Positions 26,356-36,441 of a stretch of 64,000 nucleotides of DNA are shown here, one piece after another. Position numbers and translations under genes: made by a program. The notes beneath the pieces were generated by a model. That model saw only the letters and a list, made by a program, of their open reading frames with translations, searched no databases and was not told the origin of the DNA. The stretch comes from Candidatus Wildermuthbacteria bacterium. GTDB lineage: Bacteria > Patescibacteriota > Minisyncoccia > Minisyncoccales > UBA10102. Position 1 is the stretch's first letter. Each line of letters starts with the position of its first letter. The stretch lies in assembly GCA_016181405.1 (NCBI GenBank), contig JACOZJ010000002.1, positions 74,608 to 138,607 on the forward strand, in the 5' to 3' direction.

Positions 26356-27272
26356 AGGGCAAGAAGAAGCAATCCTATCCCAATAAAAGCTATAGCGACC
26401 AGTTTTTGAATAATTGCAGCTCTACCAATTTCTTCTTTCAGCACACGCGGGAACTTAAGCGTAATTGCGCTTGCTAAGAGAAGCACAAACACATACTTGA
26501 CGCCTTCCAGGGCATTCACGAAAGCAATATAGGCAAAGGGAACCAGCGCCACTGCCCAGTTCTGCAGCACAAAGCCGGCTGTTGCCAGTATCTGATTTCC
26601 CGCAAACAAAGAGAGCACGTGCACAGAAAGCATTTGCTTCTCAGCCCCGCGCCTTTGCATCATATTCCAGAGCGCCCCCCGTAACTCTCCAGAAACTAAA
26701 AGCAACAACGCTCCTCCAAAAGTCCCTGCTATTATCAAAAGGAAGGCAGATAAAAATGACCCCACTCCCTCATACACAAATTTTGAAAGCACCACAAAAA
26801 GAGAGAACAGCAAAGATGCCACAAACGCATAAAGGAAACCTGCAAAGGAAAGGAGCTTGCCTTTCTCAAGCGTTATTACCACACTGCCTCCCACCAGCAG
26901 CACGAACGCAAGCATGTCTATTCCATTCAATTGAGCCCGGCCGAGCGAAATTGTAAAGAGAAGGGTGAAAACCGGAAGCAGCCCACCTATAGCAGGAACA
27001 ATTCTTGAGGCCTCGATTTTTTTGAGTCCGGTGAAAAGCGCAACCAGCGCAAAAATTTGGATGATCCCTGCCATCATTGCAAAGAGAATAATCGGCCATG
27101 CAGGAACTACGAGAAACCCAAATGGTATAAGGAGAAACGCAAGCCCTCCAGATATCCCAATGACAAAAGCATATAACTTGGGGTTTGGAAGCGGGCCTGC
27201 CAAAAGATACTTATCTATAACCGCCACGAGCGCAAGCAGGAAATATGCAGCGATTGCAGCTAAAATCCACAT
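26352..27272 (-). CDS. DMT-superfamily (EamA-like) membrane transporter
   Basis: 306 aa with about 10 TM helices in a duplicated 5+5 pattern. Overlaps both neighbours. Confidence 0.75.
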   Translation of the reverse strand: MWILAAIAAYFLLALVAVIDKYLLAGPLPNPKLYAFVIGISGGLAFLLIPFGFLVVPAWPIILFAMMAGIIQIFALVALFTGLKKIEASRIVPAIGGLLPVFTLLFTISLGRAQLNGIDMLAFVLLVGGSVVITLEKGKLLSFAGFLYAFVASLLFSLFVVLSKFVYEGVGSFLSAFLLIIAGTFGGALLLLVSGELRGALWNMMQRRGAEKQMLSVHVLSLFAGNQILATAGFVLQNWAVALVPFAYIAFVNALEGVKYVFVLLLASAITLKFPRVLKEEIGRAAIIQKLVAIAFIGIGLLLLAL

Positions 27273-28534
27273 ACGAGTTTCTTTATGTTCTCTGCGCCGT
27301 CTTTGGGAATTTCCACAAATCCTTGCATCGCGGCTTCGGCCAGCGCCCCCTGTCGTATAAGATCAGGCAGCCACTGGTACAGAAGTTCGGGTTTCTTTTG
27401 GTCAATCCCGGCGCCGATGTCCAGAAGCCACCTGCGGTTAGACACTTCCTGGGATCCAATCGGAGGCGCGATGATAATAGGGATTCCCAGACTTGCATAA
27501 AACACGAGTTCTGACGGTTTGGTCCACAGAATGTCAGTTTTGCTCAAGATTTTTGAAAAATTCTTGAAATATTTCTTTTTGCTGGGCGAAGAATGCAGAA
27601 ACACGTTTTTACCCGATCGTTTTCTAAGATTTGTGGCAACCTCTCTGTGGGTGCCGGCGATCACATGAAGCTCAAGCTTTTTTCCTTCCAGCAACGATTT
27701 CGCTCCCTCCATAATGTCTTTCGCAAGCTCGGCCTGCGCGCCAGCTCCCCCAATGGCAAACGTGAGAACTACGCGTTTTTGAGAAACCCCCCTTACCTTA
27801 CCTACATACTGTTCAACTGTTTTGCCATACTGCTTGAGATACCTGTGTTCAGAATCGAGCGCTTCCAAGCGTCTGCGTACATCTTTTTTTGCCTTTGCAA
27901 AATTCCTCTTCGTAAACTCTTTTGGCAGAGGGAAACCAGTAACCCTAATTTGCTCTTTTTTTACTCCGTAGCGGCGCAATCGTGCTGCCGCTCTTTCGGT
28001 AGAGGCGCAATAGAGAATTTTACTTTCTTTGGGCTTGAGCGGAGCCCATGCCCTCGAAATATCTGCATCTGGAATAATTAAATATATAGGCCCTTTATAT
28101 TTCCAAAACTCTGCCATGTGGGCCGGAATAAAAAATGTGGTGACGAGAGGCAGAGGGTTTTTATTAAGACGCGAAATAAAATCTTCGCCCCAGCGCTTCT
28201 TTTCAAAAAGCCGGTATACCTGCTTTACCTGCAGAGTTGGAGCGTCGATGCTTTCGTTGTTCGGGTAAAACTCTTTAATTTCCTGAAACTTATCAAAAAA
28301 CGCAAACACGAAATCTCCAAGCACCGGGAATTTCTTGAATCGGGAAATGGTTTCGTAAAAGCGGCGGGAGTCTTCCCAGATTTTTTTGTCTTGTCCCGGA
28401 ATTCCGGGGTAGTCATTTGCCGCAATAATCTTGCCATTCTGCGCAATATCTTGAAATGGCAATGCTGCCCGCAAGTGGCCATACCCCATATCTGCGGCCA
28501 CGACCCACACCTTTTTCTTTTTTCTTCCGAACAT
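27260..28534 (-). CDS. GT-B glycosyltransferase, MGDG-synthase/MurG-like (GT28-type)
   Basis: 424 aa. N-terminus VWVVAADMGYGHLRAA. The C-terminus WTKPSELVFYASLGIPIIIAPPIGSQEVSNRRWL resembles the GT28 C-terminal motif. Confidence 0.7.
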   Translation of the reverse strand: MFGRKKKKVWVVAADMGYGHLRAALPFQDIAQNGKIIAANDYPGIPGQDKKIWEDSRRFYETISRFKKFPVLGDFVFAFFDKFQEIKEFYPNNESIDAPTLQVKQVYRLFEKKRWGEDFISRLNKNPLPLVTTFFIPAHMAEFWKYKGPIYLIIPDADISRAWAPLKPKESKILYCASTERAAARLRRYGVKKEQIRVTGFPLPKEFTKRNFAKAKKDVRRRLEALDSEHRYLKQYGKTVEQYVGKVRGVSQKRVVLTFAIGGAGAQAELAKDIMEGAKSLLEGKKLELHVIAGTHREVATNLRKRSGKNVFLHSSPSKKKYFKNFSKILSKTDILWTKPSELVFYASLGIPIIIAPPIGSQEVSNRRWLLDIGAGIDQKKPELLYQWLPDLIRQGALAEAAMQGFVEIPKDGAENIKKLVCGF

Positions 28535-28563
28535 ATTTCACTATTGTATCCCTTCAACGCTAT

Positions 28564-30024
28564 TCAGGGCAAGACAAAACCTTCACGCTTCTTTCGAAAT
28601 CTCCACCAGAAGAAGGCGACAAACGCGTAAAACGGCAAAAGCCAAAAGGCCGAGAAATTTTCTGTTTTTACAGCCGCGAAAGGAAGGTCGGCAAAAAAAT
28701 CAACGATCCAGAGGATATACTGCACGAGAATACCAACAGGGAACGCAAGGAGAAATCCCACCGGTCCAAGCAATCCTCCAATCATGAGAAGAAACCCCAA
28801 ACCCATAAGCAATGGAATAACCGGCACTATGAGAATATTGGTAATAACCGAAACCAGAGAAACCTGACCAAAATTCCAGATGAGAATTGGGAGCGTAAAT
28901 ATTTGGGCCGCGAGCGTCATGGCAAGAAGCTCGCGTGCTGGAATTTTTTTGGGCAGAAAGGAAAGAACCGTGGGGAGCAATACGATCATCCCAAATACCG
29001 CCAAAAAAGAAAGCTGAAATCCCACATCTCTCGCAAGAAGAAAAGGATTGAGCAAAAGCATCGCAGTTGCCGCAAAAATGAGAGCGCGCAAAGCTACATA
29101 CTGCCTTCCTACATGTTGGCCGAGCAAAAACATTCCTCCCATAAGCCCCGAGCGCACAGCAGAGGGCTGCAACCCCGTAAGCACCACGTAGAAAATCACC
29201 AGCGCCAACGTAACGTAAAAAGCTTGCTGACGCCACAAGCCCAACCATATGAGCAACGGCATCATATACATCGTAAGGATTGCAATGTGCGCGCCCGAAA
29301 TAGCAATAATGTGGCGAAGACCGGTAGCATTCAGATCTTGCGCAAGCCCTTCCGACATTACGTATTTATCTCCTAAAAGCATTTCCACCATCACAGAGCT
29401 GAAACGAGGAGAAAGATGTTTCTCTAAAACCTCCCGAAACTCCGCCTTAAGATTGAAAATCACGGCCATAGCTCTTTCGCCCACGTACTCATACACTCCT
29501 CTTTCTTTAATCTCAACCTTTGGTTCTTTCATAAGAGCGTACACGCCATCTTTTGCTAAAAACGCAGCATAATCAAAATCGTCGAATGATTCAGGCTCCC
29601 GCAGTGTCCCCGTAATGACGACTCGGTCGCCATACGAGAGCTTCTCTCCTGCATCAAACGTAATGAGAACATTCCCGCTTGAAACAAAATCCGGCTTCAC
29701 CGTGACCTGCGTACCACTCGCTCTTACTATAGGCTGCTTGATAACTTTTGCTTGGAAGACAACATCCTCGCCGTAAAATTTCTGCAGTTCGTTGTCTATA
29801 TGTGTTCGCTCGGAGGCCTCGTAAATCCACAATCCGAAAGCAGCGCATAAAAACAGCGCTCCCGCCGCTGCAATCTGTTTACGCCTCCAAAATACCGACA
29901 CCAAAAAAATTCCGCAAATAAAAACAGTCAGAATACCAATCTGACCAATTCTCCAGGAGGAAGCGAAAGCGACGCCTGTTATGAAAGAAAGACAGCCAAA
30001 GAAGAACGTTTGCGAAACCGTCAT
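28564..30024 (-). CDS. comEC: ComEC/Rec2-family DNA internalisation channel (no metallo-beta-lactamase domain)
   Basis: 486 aa. It has an OB-like N-terminal region and a competence domain (GLRHIIAISGAHIAIL, LTGLQPSAVRSGLMG). Confidence 0.9.
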   Translation of the reverse strand: MTVSQTFFFGCLSFITGVAFASSWRIGQIGILTVFICGIFLVSVFWRRKQIAAAGALFLCAAFGLWIYEASERTHIDNELQKFYGEDVVFQAKVIKQPIVRASGTQVTVKPDFVSSGNVLITFDAGEKLSYGDRVVITGTLREPESFDDFDYAAFLAKDGVYALMKEPKVEIKERGVYEYVGERAMAVIFNLKAEFREVLEKHLSPRFSSVMVEMLLGDKYVMSEGLAQDLNATGLRHIIAISGAHIAILTMYMMPLLIWLGLWRQQAFYVTLALVIFYVVLTGLQPSAVRSGLMGGMFLLGQHVGRQYVALRALIFAATAMLLLNPFLLARDVGFQLSFLAVFGMIVLLPTVLSFLPKKIPARELLAMTLAAQIFTLPILIWNFGQVSLVSVITNILIVPVIPLLMGLGFLLMIGGLLGPVGFLLAFPVGILVQYILWIVDFFADLPFAAVKTENFSAFWLLPFYAFVAFFWWRFRKKREGFVLP

Positions 30025-30956
30025 TCTGCAAAGCCGGTTGCAATAAGAGTAAGGCGCACTTCACCCTGCTTTAAGCTTTTGTCTTGCACTGCCCCGAAAA
30101 TGATTTTTGCTTGGGGAGAAATGTCCTCTTTTATTTGTTGGGCGGCTTGTTGAATTTCTTGCAAGCTTACGTCATCGACTCCCGCGACCTGAAACAGAAT
30201 ACCCTTCGCTCCCTTTATCGACATATTCAGAAGCGGAGAATGCAGCGCGGCTTGGAGCGCCTGCTCCATGCGTTTCTCACCCTTTGCCCGCCCCATACCA
30301 AATACCGCCTTCCCCGAACTCTTCATAATGCTTTTCAAATCCGCAAAGTCCACATTGATAATGCCGGGCAGCACAATTAAATCGGAAATCCCCTGCACCG
30401 CCTGACGCAGAATTTCATCCGCTTTCCAAAAGGCCCCGAGTACCGACATATCCTGATCGGCAAGCTTTAAAATTTGGTCGTTGGGGATCACCAGTAGGGT
30501 ATCCACTTTCCCCTTAAGTTCATCGAGTGCCCGCTCTGCGAGCTTTGTTCTCCATGATCCTTCAAAGGAAAAGGGCCGCGTGACTACAGCAATCGTCAAT
30601 GCCTCTTGAGAACGCGCAATCTGGGCAAGCACAGGAATGGCTCCTCCGCCCGTGCCTCCGCCAAGCCCGGCAGTCAGAAAAACCATATCTGCGCCCTTCA
30701 AAGCTTCAGCCAACTCTGATTTGCTTTCGAGAGCGGCGCGCCTGCCAAGTTCTGGATTCATGCCGGCCCCCAATCCGGCCGTTGACTCTTGACCAATTCT
30801 GATTTTCTGAAGAGCACGGATTTTCTTTAGATCCTGTACATCGGTATTTACCGCAATGAGGTCAATGCCTTTAATCTTGCACTGCATCATGCGGTCGATG
30901 GCATTTCCTCCGGCTCCTCCTATCCCAACTACTTTGATGATTGTTTTTTTCTCCAT
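30021..30956 (-). CDS. ftsZ: cell division GTPase FtsZ (core only, no C-terminal linker/tail)
   Basis: 311 aa. GGGTGGG tubulin signature, VGIGGAGGNAI and NTDVQ. It ends at ...LIATGFAE. Its stop overlaps the comEC start (ATGA). Confidence 0.95.
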   Translation of the reverse strand: MEKKTIIKVVGIGGAGGNAIDRMMQCKIKGIDLIAVNTDVQDLKKIRALQKIRIGQESTAGLGAGMNPELGRRAALESKSELAEALKGADMVFLTAGLGGGTGGGAIPVLAQIARSQEALTIAVVTRPFSFEGSWRTKLAERALDELKGKVDTLLVIPNDQILKLADQDMSVLGAFWKADEILRQAVQGISDLIVLPGIINVDFADLKSIMKSSGKAVFGMGRAKGEKRMEQALQAALHSPLLNMSIKGAKGILFQVAGVDDVSLQEIQQAAQQIKEDISPQAKIIFGAVQDKSLKQGEVRLTLIATGFAE

Positions 30957-30971
30957 ACCGATAAACTCGAA

Positions 30972-32171
30972 CTACGGGATAAAGGGTCTTAACATTCGTC
31001 GTACATTCTGCATCAAACCTGTCCCCACATGAATTCCCCCTTCATGGTGACCATCTGCTGTCGCCCCGACAAGAAGGCCTATCACGCCGAGAAAAGCGGG
31101 GTCTGACTGGAGGCTCACCACTCCCTGCGGTTTCCCAAGCTTTACAGTAACCTTCAGCTCTCTCTTTGCTTCTTCAACGATCTTGGGAAGTTTTGCCCCT
31201 CCTCCCACTAACACCACACCACCCGGCAACATCCCCTGCCTTGAAATTTGTTTTAGCTCTTTGTTTACAAGCTGAAAAATTTCTTTGACGCGCGCTTCAA
31301 TAATCCTGCGAAGAAGCTTTTGGGAAACTGCCAGGAATTTTCCCTCGGCAATCTCTACTCTTTCTCCCCTCTTCCCCCGTTGCGAGGATCCAAATCCCAC
31401 TTTTATGCGTTCTGCAATATCCGGCTCACACCTCAAACCAATAGCAATGTCGTTAGTAATATTTTCAGATCCCACGGGAAATACTGCCGTGTGAATTAAA
31501 TCTCCTTGTTCATATACCGCAAGGCCGGTTGTTCCCGCGCCAAGATCGAGCGTTGCAACTCCAACTTCTTTTTGCTGAGGGGTAAGCACCGCGGGCGACG
31601 ACATTAAAGAAGTAGGAACAGTTGCTCTAATATCCAGATCGGCGCCAAGCACCGCTTCGTGAAGATTTCGGATATAGGGCGTGAATCCACACACTGCCAG
31701 TACATCCGCCTCCAAACGCACCCCCTTCATCCCCACCACTTCTTTTACCTGCTCTTCTTCGTCTACCATGAACTGCTGGGGAAATACATCCAGAATATCC
31801 TTGTTTGAAGGAAGCGAAAACGCCTGGGCCGCCTGCAATACTCTATCTACATCCTCTGAAGAAATCTGTCCATCCGCTCTGGATACTGCCACAATTCCGT
31901 GCGAAGGCACACAAAATATATGGCTCCCGCCTACACTCACAACCACCTCTCGTATTTTCTGCCCGCTGATGGCGGAGAGGCGATCTTTGAGCGTTTGGAT
32001 TTTCTTGGTTACCTCTTCTATCTTTACCACTGCTCCCTTGCGCACCCCGGAAGAAATTTCTTCACCAAACCCTAAAATCTCCGGGTCGCCCCCTTCTCCT
32101 CTTTGCTGAAGCACCGCCATCTTAATGCTATGGGTGCCAACATCCAACCCCGCAATGATCTCTGGCCTCAT
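30972..32171 (-). CDS. ftsA: cell division protein FtsA
   Basis: 399 aa with an actin-like ATPase fold (GLDVGTHSIKM, DLGAGTTGLAVY, GGGAKLP). Confidence 0.93.
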   Translation of the reverse strand: MRPEIIAGLDVGTHSIKMAVLQQRGEGGDPEILGFGEEISSGVRKGAVVKIEEVTKKIQTLKDRLSAISGQKIREVVVSVGGSHIFCVPSHGIVAVSRADGQISSEDVDRVLQAAQAFSLPSNKDILDVFPQQFMVDEEEQVKEVVGMKGVRLEADVLAVCGFTPYIRNLHEAVLGADLDIRATVPTSLMSSPAVLTPQQKEVGVATLDLGAGTTGLAVYEQGDLIHTAVFPVGSENITNDIAIGLRCEPDIAERIKVGFGSSQRGKRGERVEIAEGKFLAVSQKLLRRIIEARVKEIFQLVNKELKQISRQGMLPGGVVLVGGGAKLPKIVEEAKRELKVTVKLGKPQGVVSLQSDPAFLGVIGLLVGATADGHHEGGIHVGTGLMQNVRRMLRPFIP

Positions 32172-32612
32172 TTACCTTAAATTAAGATTCTTTACGCGCG
32201 AAAGATACCAATGTTCTTTCTGCTCCATTTGTTTAGCTTCTTGCGCTTGCTCATGGTCATAACCTAAAAGATGCAACAAACCATGAATAAACATCCAGGC
32301 AAGCGCCTCTTTGAATATCATACCATATTTTCCAGCTTCTTTCTGCACCTGCTGGGGACAAAGTACGATTTCTCCCAAATATTCTTTACCTTCGCTCGGG
32401 ATTCTCTCGTTTCCCGCAGGAAACGAGAGAACATTCGCTACAGTATCCTTTTTTCGATATTTCTTGTTTAAAGCTGCTGCCCTCTTTGATCCTACAAGAG
32501 CAACGGAAACTTCAGCGGCTTCTTTCCCTTCCTTTTTTAATACACCTAGAGCCACTTTTCTCAAAAAGGCTTTATCAATAAAACGCCGTGTGAGATTGTT
32601 GACCTCAATCAT
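32172..32612 (-). CDS. ybeY: rRNA maturation endoribonuclease YbeY
   Basis: 146 aa. HGLLHLLGYDH zinc motif. Confidence 0.93.
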   Translation of the reverse strand: MIEVNNLTRRFIDKAFLRKVALGVLKKEGKEAAEVSVALVGSKRAAALNKKYRKKDTVANVLSFPAGNERIPSEGKEYLGEIVLCPQQVQKEAGKYGMIFKEALAWMFIHGLLHLLGYDHEQAQEAKQMEQKEHWYLSRVKNLNLR

Positions 32613-32630
32613 TTGTAATCCTCTATTGTA

Positions 32631-33431
32631 CTAATCTTGAAGTAGGCGCGCAATGAGACCCTTCTTGCGAGCCACATGAACCATCCACAAGAAAAACGCA
32701 AGCCCAAACGCAAAATAAAGAGCATTGAGTCCTGTTGCCCATAGAACGTCCGAGAGCGGAAACACTTCCTGCGTGAGGACCTGCCGCATTCCCTCAAACA
32801 AATGCATGGTGGGAAGAAAGAATGCTACTTGCTGAATGAACTCGGGAAACACAGATACCGGATAATAGACCGCAGAAAACGGAAGAAACATCATAGGGAT
32901 AAAGAACGCCAAAATCTCAAATGCGGGGCCGAAACGCAACAGCAGGCCTATGGCGATTAAGCCAAGCGCCCAGCCGAACACGAAAACATTCACGAAAAAC
33001 GGAATCATGTAAAATCCGAGGGCCCAGATATCAAGCGCGTATAATAAAACAGCAAGGCCACCAATATATATAAAAGTAAGAAATCCCTGCACAAGAGAAA
33101 TAAGCGCCAGACCGGCGATAAATTCTTTCATTGCAACCGGAGTGGCGAAAAAATTCATAATGTTGCGCGACCACACGTCTTCCAAAAACGATATGCTGAA
33201 AGATTGCTGCGCCCGTATAAACAAATCCCAAAAGAGAAGTCCCGTGAGCAAGAGAAACACGAAATCAATGCGCGCGTCTTTTGGCGCAAGATCGCGCAGC
33301 CAAATCGTTATAAACCCCCATAGGAAAAGCTCAAACGTAGCAAAAAAGAACAGTCCAAACATTCTGCCAATGCTCCTGCGTATTAAAATGATATTGCGGA
33401 GAAAAATTCCGTATACGTGAAGAAAATTCAT
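32631..33431 (-). CDS. ABC-2 type transporter permease
   Basis: 266 aa with 6 TM helices. Overlaps the upstream ATPase gene by 4 nt. Confidence 0.85.
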   Translation of the reverse strand: MNFLHVYGIFLRNIILIRRSIGRMFGLFFFATFELFLWGFITIWLRDLAPKDARIDFVFLLLTGLLFWDLFIRAQQSFSISFLEDVWSRNIMNFFATPVAMKEFIAGLALISLVQGFLTFIYIGGLAVLLYALDIWALGFYMIPFFVNVFVFGWALGLIAIGLLLRFGPAFEILAFFIPMMFLPFSAVYYPVSVFPEFIQQVAFFLPTMHLFEGMRQVLTQEVFPLSDVLWATGLNALYFAFGLAFFLWMVHVARKKGLIARLLQD

Positions 33432-34165
33432 GTCTTTGGCGAAGGTTGCCCTGCGATAGCTATAAAAATATCCTCCAGATCGCCGCTCTGAAAGGTTTTC
33501 TTGAGATTTTCCGGAGTGTCATCCGCCACAATTTTTCCGTGAGCCATAAAAATCACACGGTCGCACATCGCTTCAATCTCACGCATATTGTGAGAAGTCC
33601 AAAGAATAGTGCCATTATTCTCCTGCATTTTATAGTAGATTTTCTGGCGCAAATCCCTTGCCACCGCGGGATCCAAAGAAGCGGTCGGCTCGTCGAGCAG
33701 AAGGAGTTTCGGATTATTCAAAAATGCTTTCGCCAAGACAAGCCGCATTTGTTCCCCAGTAGACAAACTTCCTGTCCTGACGTTACGAAACTCTGCAAGA
33801 TTAAATTCCTCTAAAAGAGATTCCGCTGCCGTTCTCCATTGTTGTACCCCGTACAAAAGAGCGAATATCTTGAGATTCTCATAGGGAGTGAGGTTATGAG
33901 GAAGCATTGAGTATGCAGTAGCAAAGTTTATGTGCTGCAAAATTTCCTCTCGATGCGTCTTCAGATCCTTTCCAAATATTTCAATAGACCCTTCTGTTGG
34001 TTCCAGTAAAGAAAGAAGCATATGAATTGTTGTACTTTTGCCCGCGCCATTGGGCCCTAGCAATCCCACAACCTCGCCCTCCTTTGCCTCAAAAGAAATG
34101 CCATCCACCGCTGTGGTTTGCCCGTAGGTTTTTACAAGATTTTCTACTTTCAAAAGCGTAGACAT
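33428..34165 (-). CDS. ABC transporter ATP-binding protein
   Basis: Walker A GPNGAGKST, signature LSTGEQ, Walker B LLLLDEP. The start is probably MSTLLKVENL at 34165; the track start is 34189. Confidence 0.92.
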   Translation of the reverse strand: MSTLLKVENLVKTYGQTTAVDGISFEAKEGEVVGLLGPNGAGKSTTIHMLLSLLEPTEGSIEIFGKDLKTHREEILQHINFATAYSMLPHNLTPYENLKIFALLYGVQQWRTAAESLLEEFNLAEFRNVRTGSLSTGEQMRLVLAKAFLNNPKLLLLDEPTASLDPAVARDLRQKIYYKMQENNGTILWTSHNMREIEAMCDRVIFMAHGKIVADDTPENLKKTFQSGDLEDIFIAIAGQPSPKT

Positions 34166-34218
34166 ATAAAAACATCGTATCTCTTTCACATTCTTATGTA
34201 AACTTATAGAATGAAGTC

Positions 34219-35262
34219 ATGAAAGCTGTTTTTGCTTTTGCCATTTGTTGCCTTGCGCTTGTGCTGTTGGTTGGCGTGTTCGGATTGTTTTCTACGATGC
34301 CGGGCGAAGCGAGTCAGTTCTTTTCTGCTGCCCTACGCCTTTCTCCGCAGCAAGAACCCAAAACTGTCACCCTTCTTTTTGTGGGCGATATTATGTTGGA
34401 TCGCGGAGTGGAATGGCAAATCCAGAAGAACAACGGCGATTGGACTTGGCCATTCCAACACATCGCAGATCTTCTTGGAGCAGCCGATCTTGTGTTTGGT
34501 AATCTCGAAAGCCAAATTTCAAATACAGGAAACAATGTAGGAAGCGACTATTCTTTCCGCGCAGACCCCGCTTCCATAGAAAGTCTTGTGTATGCCGGGT
34601 TCGATGTGCTTTCGGTAGCGAACAACCACAGTTTTGACTACACGAGAGAGGCGCTTGAAGATTCACTGGTACGCCTGAAAAAGGCTGGCATTGCTCCTGT
34701 AGGTGGCGGACTCTCTAAACAAGAAGCATACGGGTTAGTTGTAAAAGAAGTACAAAACACAAGAATTGGCTTTCTCGCCTATACCAATTCCGGCGCTCCT
34801 GCCTGGGCCGCCCGCGAGAACCAAAGCGGCATTGCGTGGGTAGATTGGGATAATCTAGAAGAGGTTATCGAAACTATAACGGCGGCAAGCACGCAGGTTG
34901 ATATTCTTATAATTTCCCTGCACGCGGGGGAAGAATACCAAACAGAACCAAACCAATTTCAAAAAGCATTCTCGCAGGCCGCAATTGAAGCGGGAGCGGA
35001 TGTTCTTATCGGCCACCATCCCCACGTCGTGCAGTCACTCGTACCACATCCTAAGGGAAACTCCGCACGGTCTCCATCCGACCAAGCCGAACTCGGCTGG
35101 ATTGCCTACAGCTTGGGAAATTTCTTATTTGACCAAGATTTTTCTCAAGAAACCATGAAAGGAGCAATTCTCAAGCTTATTGTTGAGGACAAAAAAATAA
35201 AGGAGATCTCTCTCCTCCAAACCCGTCTCACTCCTTCCTATCAAGTCGAACTCATAGAATAG
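34219..35262 (+). CDS. CapA/PGA_cap-family metallophosphatase-like protein
   Basis: 347 aa with a signal anchor. Motifs FVGDIMLDRG, GNLE, ANNHSFDY and SLHAGEEY are CapA family motifs. Confidence 0.85.
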   Translation: MKAVFAFAICCLALVLLVGVFGLFSTMPGEASQFFSAALRLSPQQEPKTVTLLFVGDIMLDRGVEWQIQKNNGDWTWPFQHIADLLGAADLVFGNLESQISNTGNNVGSDYSFRADPASIESLVYAGFDVLSVANNHSFDYTREALEDSLVRLKKAGIAPVGGGLSKQEAYGLVVKEVQNTRIGFLAYTNSGAPAWAARENQSGIAWVDWDNLEEVIETITAASTQVDILIISLHAGEEYQTEPNQFQKAFSQAAIEAGADVLIGHHPHVVQSLVPHPKGNSARSPSDQAELGWIAYSLGNFLFDQDFSQETMKGAILKLIVEDKKIKEISLLQTRLTPSYQVELIE

Positions 35263-35730
35263 TTACCCTGCCAGCTGCACGGAGTTCACGTAATAGTTTT
35301 CGCCGATTTTACGCACTTCAATAATCTCTATTTGTGCCAAGCGCTCTCTCACAATTTCCACCCGAAAACGGAAGGTTCCTTCTCCTAGATTCTCTCTTTC
35401 CTGAACTTCATATTTTTCCACGCCTCCTAATACAAAAAGTCCCTGCGTAAGCTGAAGCATTGTCTCTTCGGTCACGTACCGCGCAGCTTTGCTTTCGTCT
35501 CCTGTAACGCGAGCTTCGAGAAAAGCCCAAAGTGTTTCTCGCGCAGCCCGCTCTTCCATCGCCTGCTGTTGTTGCTCAACTCTTTGTTCCAATCCCTCAA
35601 TACGCCGGCTCTCCAGTCTTTGATACTGCCAAACCAAAACCCACTGTCCCGCAACCAACACGATAATCGCAAGCAGCAACGTTCTCCACACGCTATCTTT
35701 TAAAATTTGGTCGCGCAACTTTTCTGCCAT
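35263..35730 (-). CDS. hypothetical membrane-anchored protein
   Basis: 155 aa with one N-terminal TM segment (TLLLAIIVLVAGQWVLVW), then a Q/E-rich helix and a small beta domain. No recognised family. Confidence 0.65.
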   Translation of the reverse strand: MAEKLRDQILKDSVWRTLLLAIIVLVAGQWVLVWQYQRLESRRIEGLEQRVEQQQQAMEERAARETLWAFLEARVTGDESKAARYVTEETMLQLTQGLFVLGGVEKYEVQERENLGEGTFRFRVEIVRERLAQIEIIEVRKIGENYYVNSVQLAG

Positions 35731-35734
35731 ACGA

Positions 35735-36178
35735 TTACGCCAAGAGTTCTTTTACAAGAGCGCTTACCAAAGCACCATCGGCCTTGCCCTTTACACTCGG
35801 CATGAGAACAGCCATAACTTTCCCCATATCTTGCGGAGTCTTAGCGCCCGTTTGTCCGATTGCTTCCTTTACCAGTTTACGAATTTCTTCTTCTGAAAGC
35901 TGCTCGGGCAAATATTGTTGGAGTATTGCCATTTCCTTGCGTTCCTTTTCCGCCATTTCTCCTCTCCCTCCTTTTGCAAAGGCCTCTGCTGCTTCCTTGC
36001 GCTTTTTCACCTCGGTCAAAAGAATGTTTTGCGCTTCTCCATCCGTTATTTCCAGTCCCCGCTCTTTTTCTTTGTTTATCAAAGCAGCCAGAAGCATGCG
36101 TAACACACTAACCTCCAACTCATTTCTTGCTCGAAGAGCATTTTTTAAGTCGTTCTGTATTTGTTCTTTTAACTGCAT
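35735..36178 (-). CDS. GatB/YqeY domain protein
   Basis: 147 aa. LKNALRARNELEVSVLRMLLAAL and QYLPEQLSEEEI are typical of YqeY. Confidence 0.88.
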   Translation of the reverse strand: MQLKEQIQNDLKNALRARNELEVSVLRMLLAALINKEKERGLEITDGEAQNILLTEVKKRKEAAEAFAKGGRGEMAEKERKEMAILQQYLPEQLSEEEIRKLVKEAIGQTGAKTPQDMGKVMAVLMPSVKGKADGALVSALVKELLA

Positions 36179-36414
36179 TATCTGCGGCCCTCGTGCGGCT
36201 TAGTTTGGCCTAATTTTAAGGCGCGTTGATACTCGACTCGCTTCTCCAGCCTTCGCAATGCGCCTCGGCGCTGTATCTGTTTGCTCTTTTCTCGAGTGCG
36301 AAAACTGGCCTTTTTCACTCCCACCAAAATCCCGCTCTCGCGCAACCTTTTGGTAAAACGCCGGATCAAGGATTGATTGGTTTCTCTCTCCTGTTTGTTG
36401 ATTTCAAATGCCAT
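36178..36414 (-). CDS. rpsU: 30S ribosomal protein bS21
   Basis: 78 aa. ETNQSLIRRFTKRLRESGIL...REKSKQIQRRGALRRLEKR. Confidence 0.9.
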   Translation of the reverse strand: MAFEINKQERETNQSLIRRFTKRLRESGILVGVKKASFRTREKSKQIQRRGALRRLEKRVEYQRALKLGQTKPHEGRR

Positions 36415-36441
36415 AATTCAATACACTCACTACAGATATAA

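Noticed and set aside
28456-29376. 306-aa plus-strand ORF rich in K/R/H/N/Q
   Set aside because: It is antisense to the well-supported comEC gene. Its biased basic composition mirrors the complement of hydrophobic TM codons, and it has no start context.
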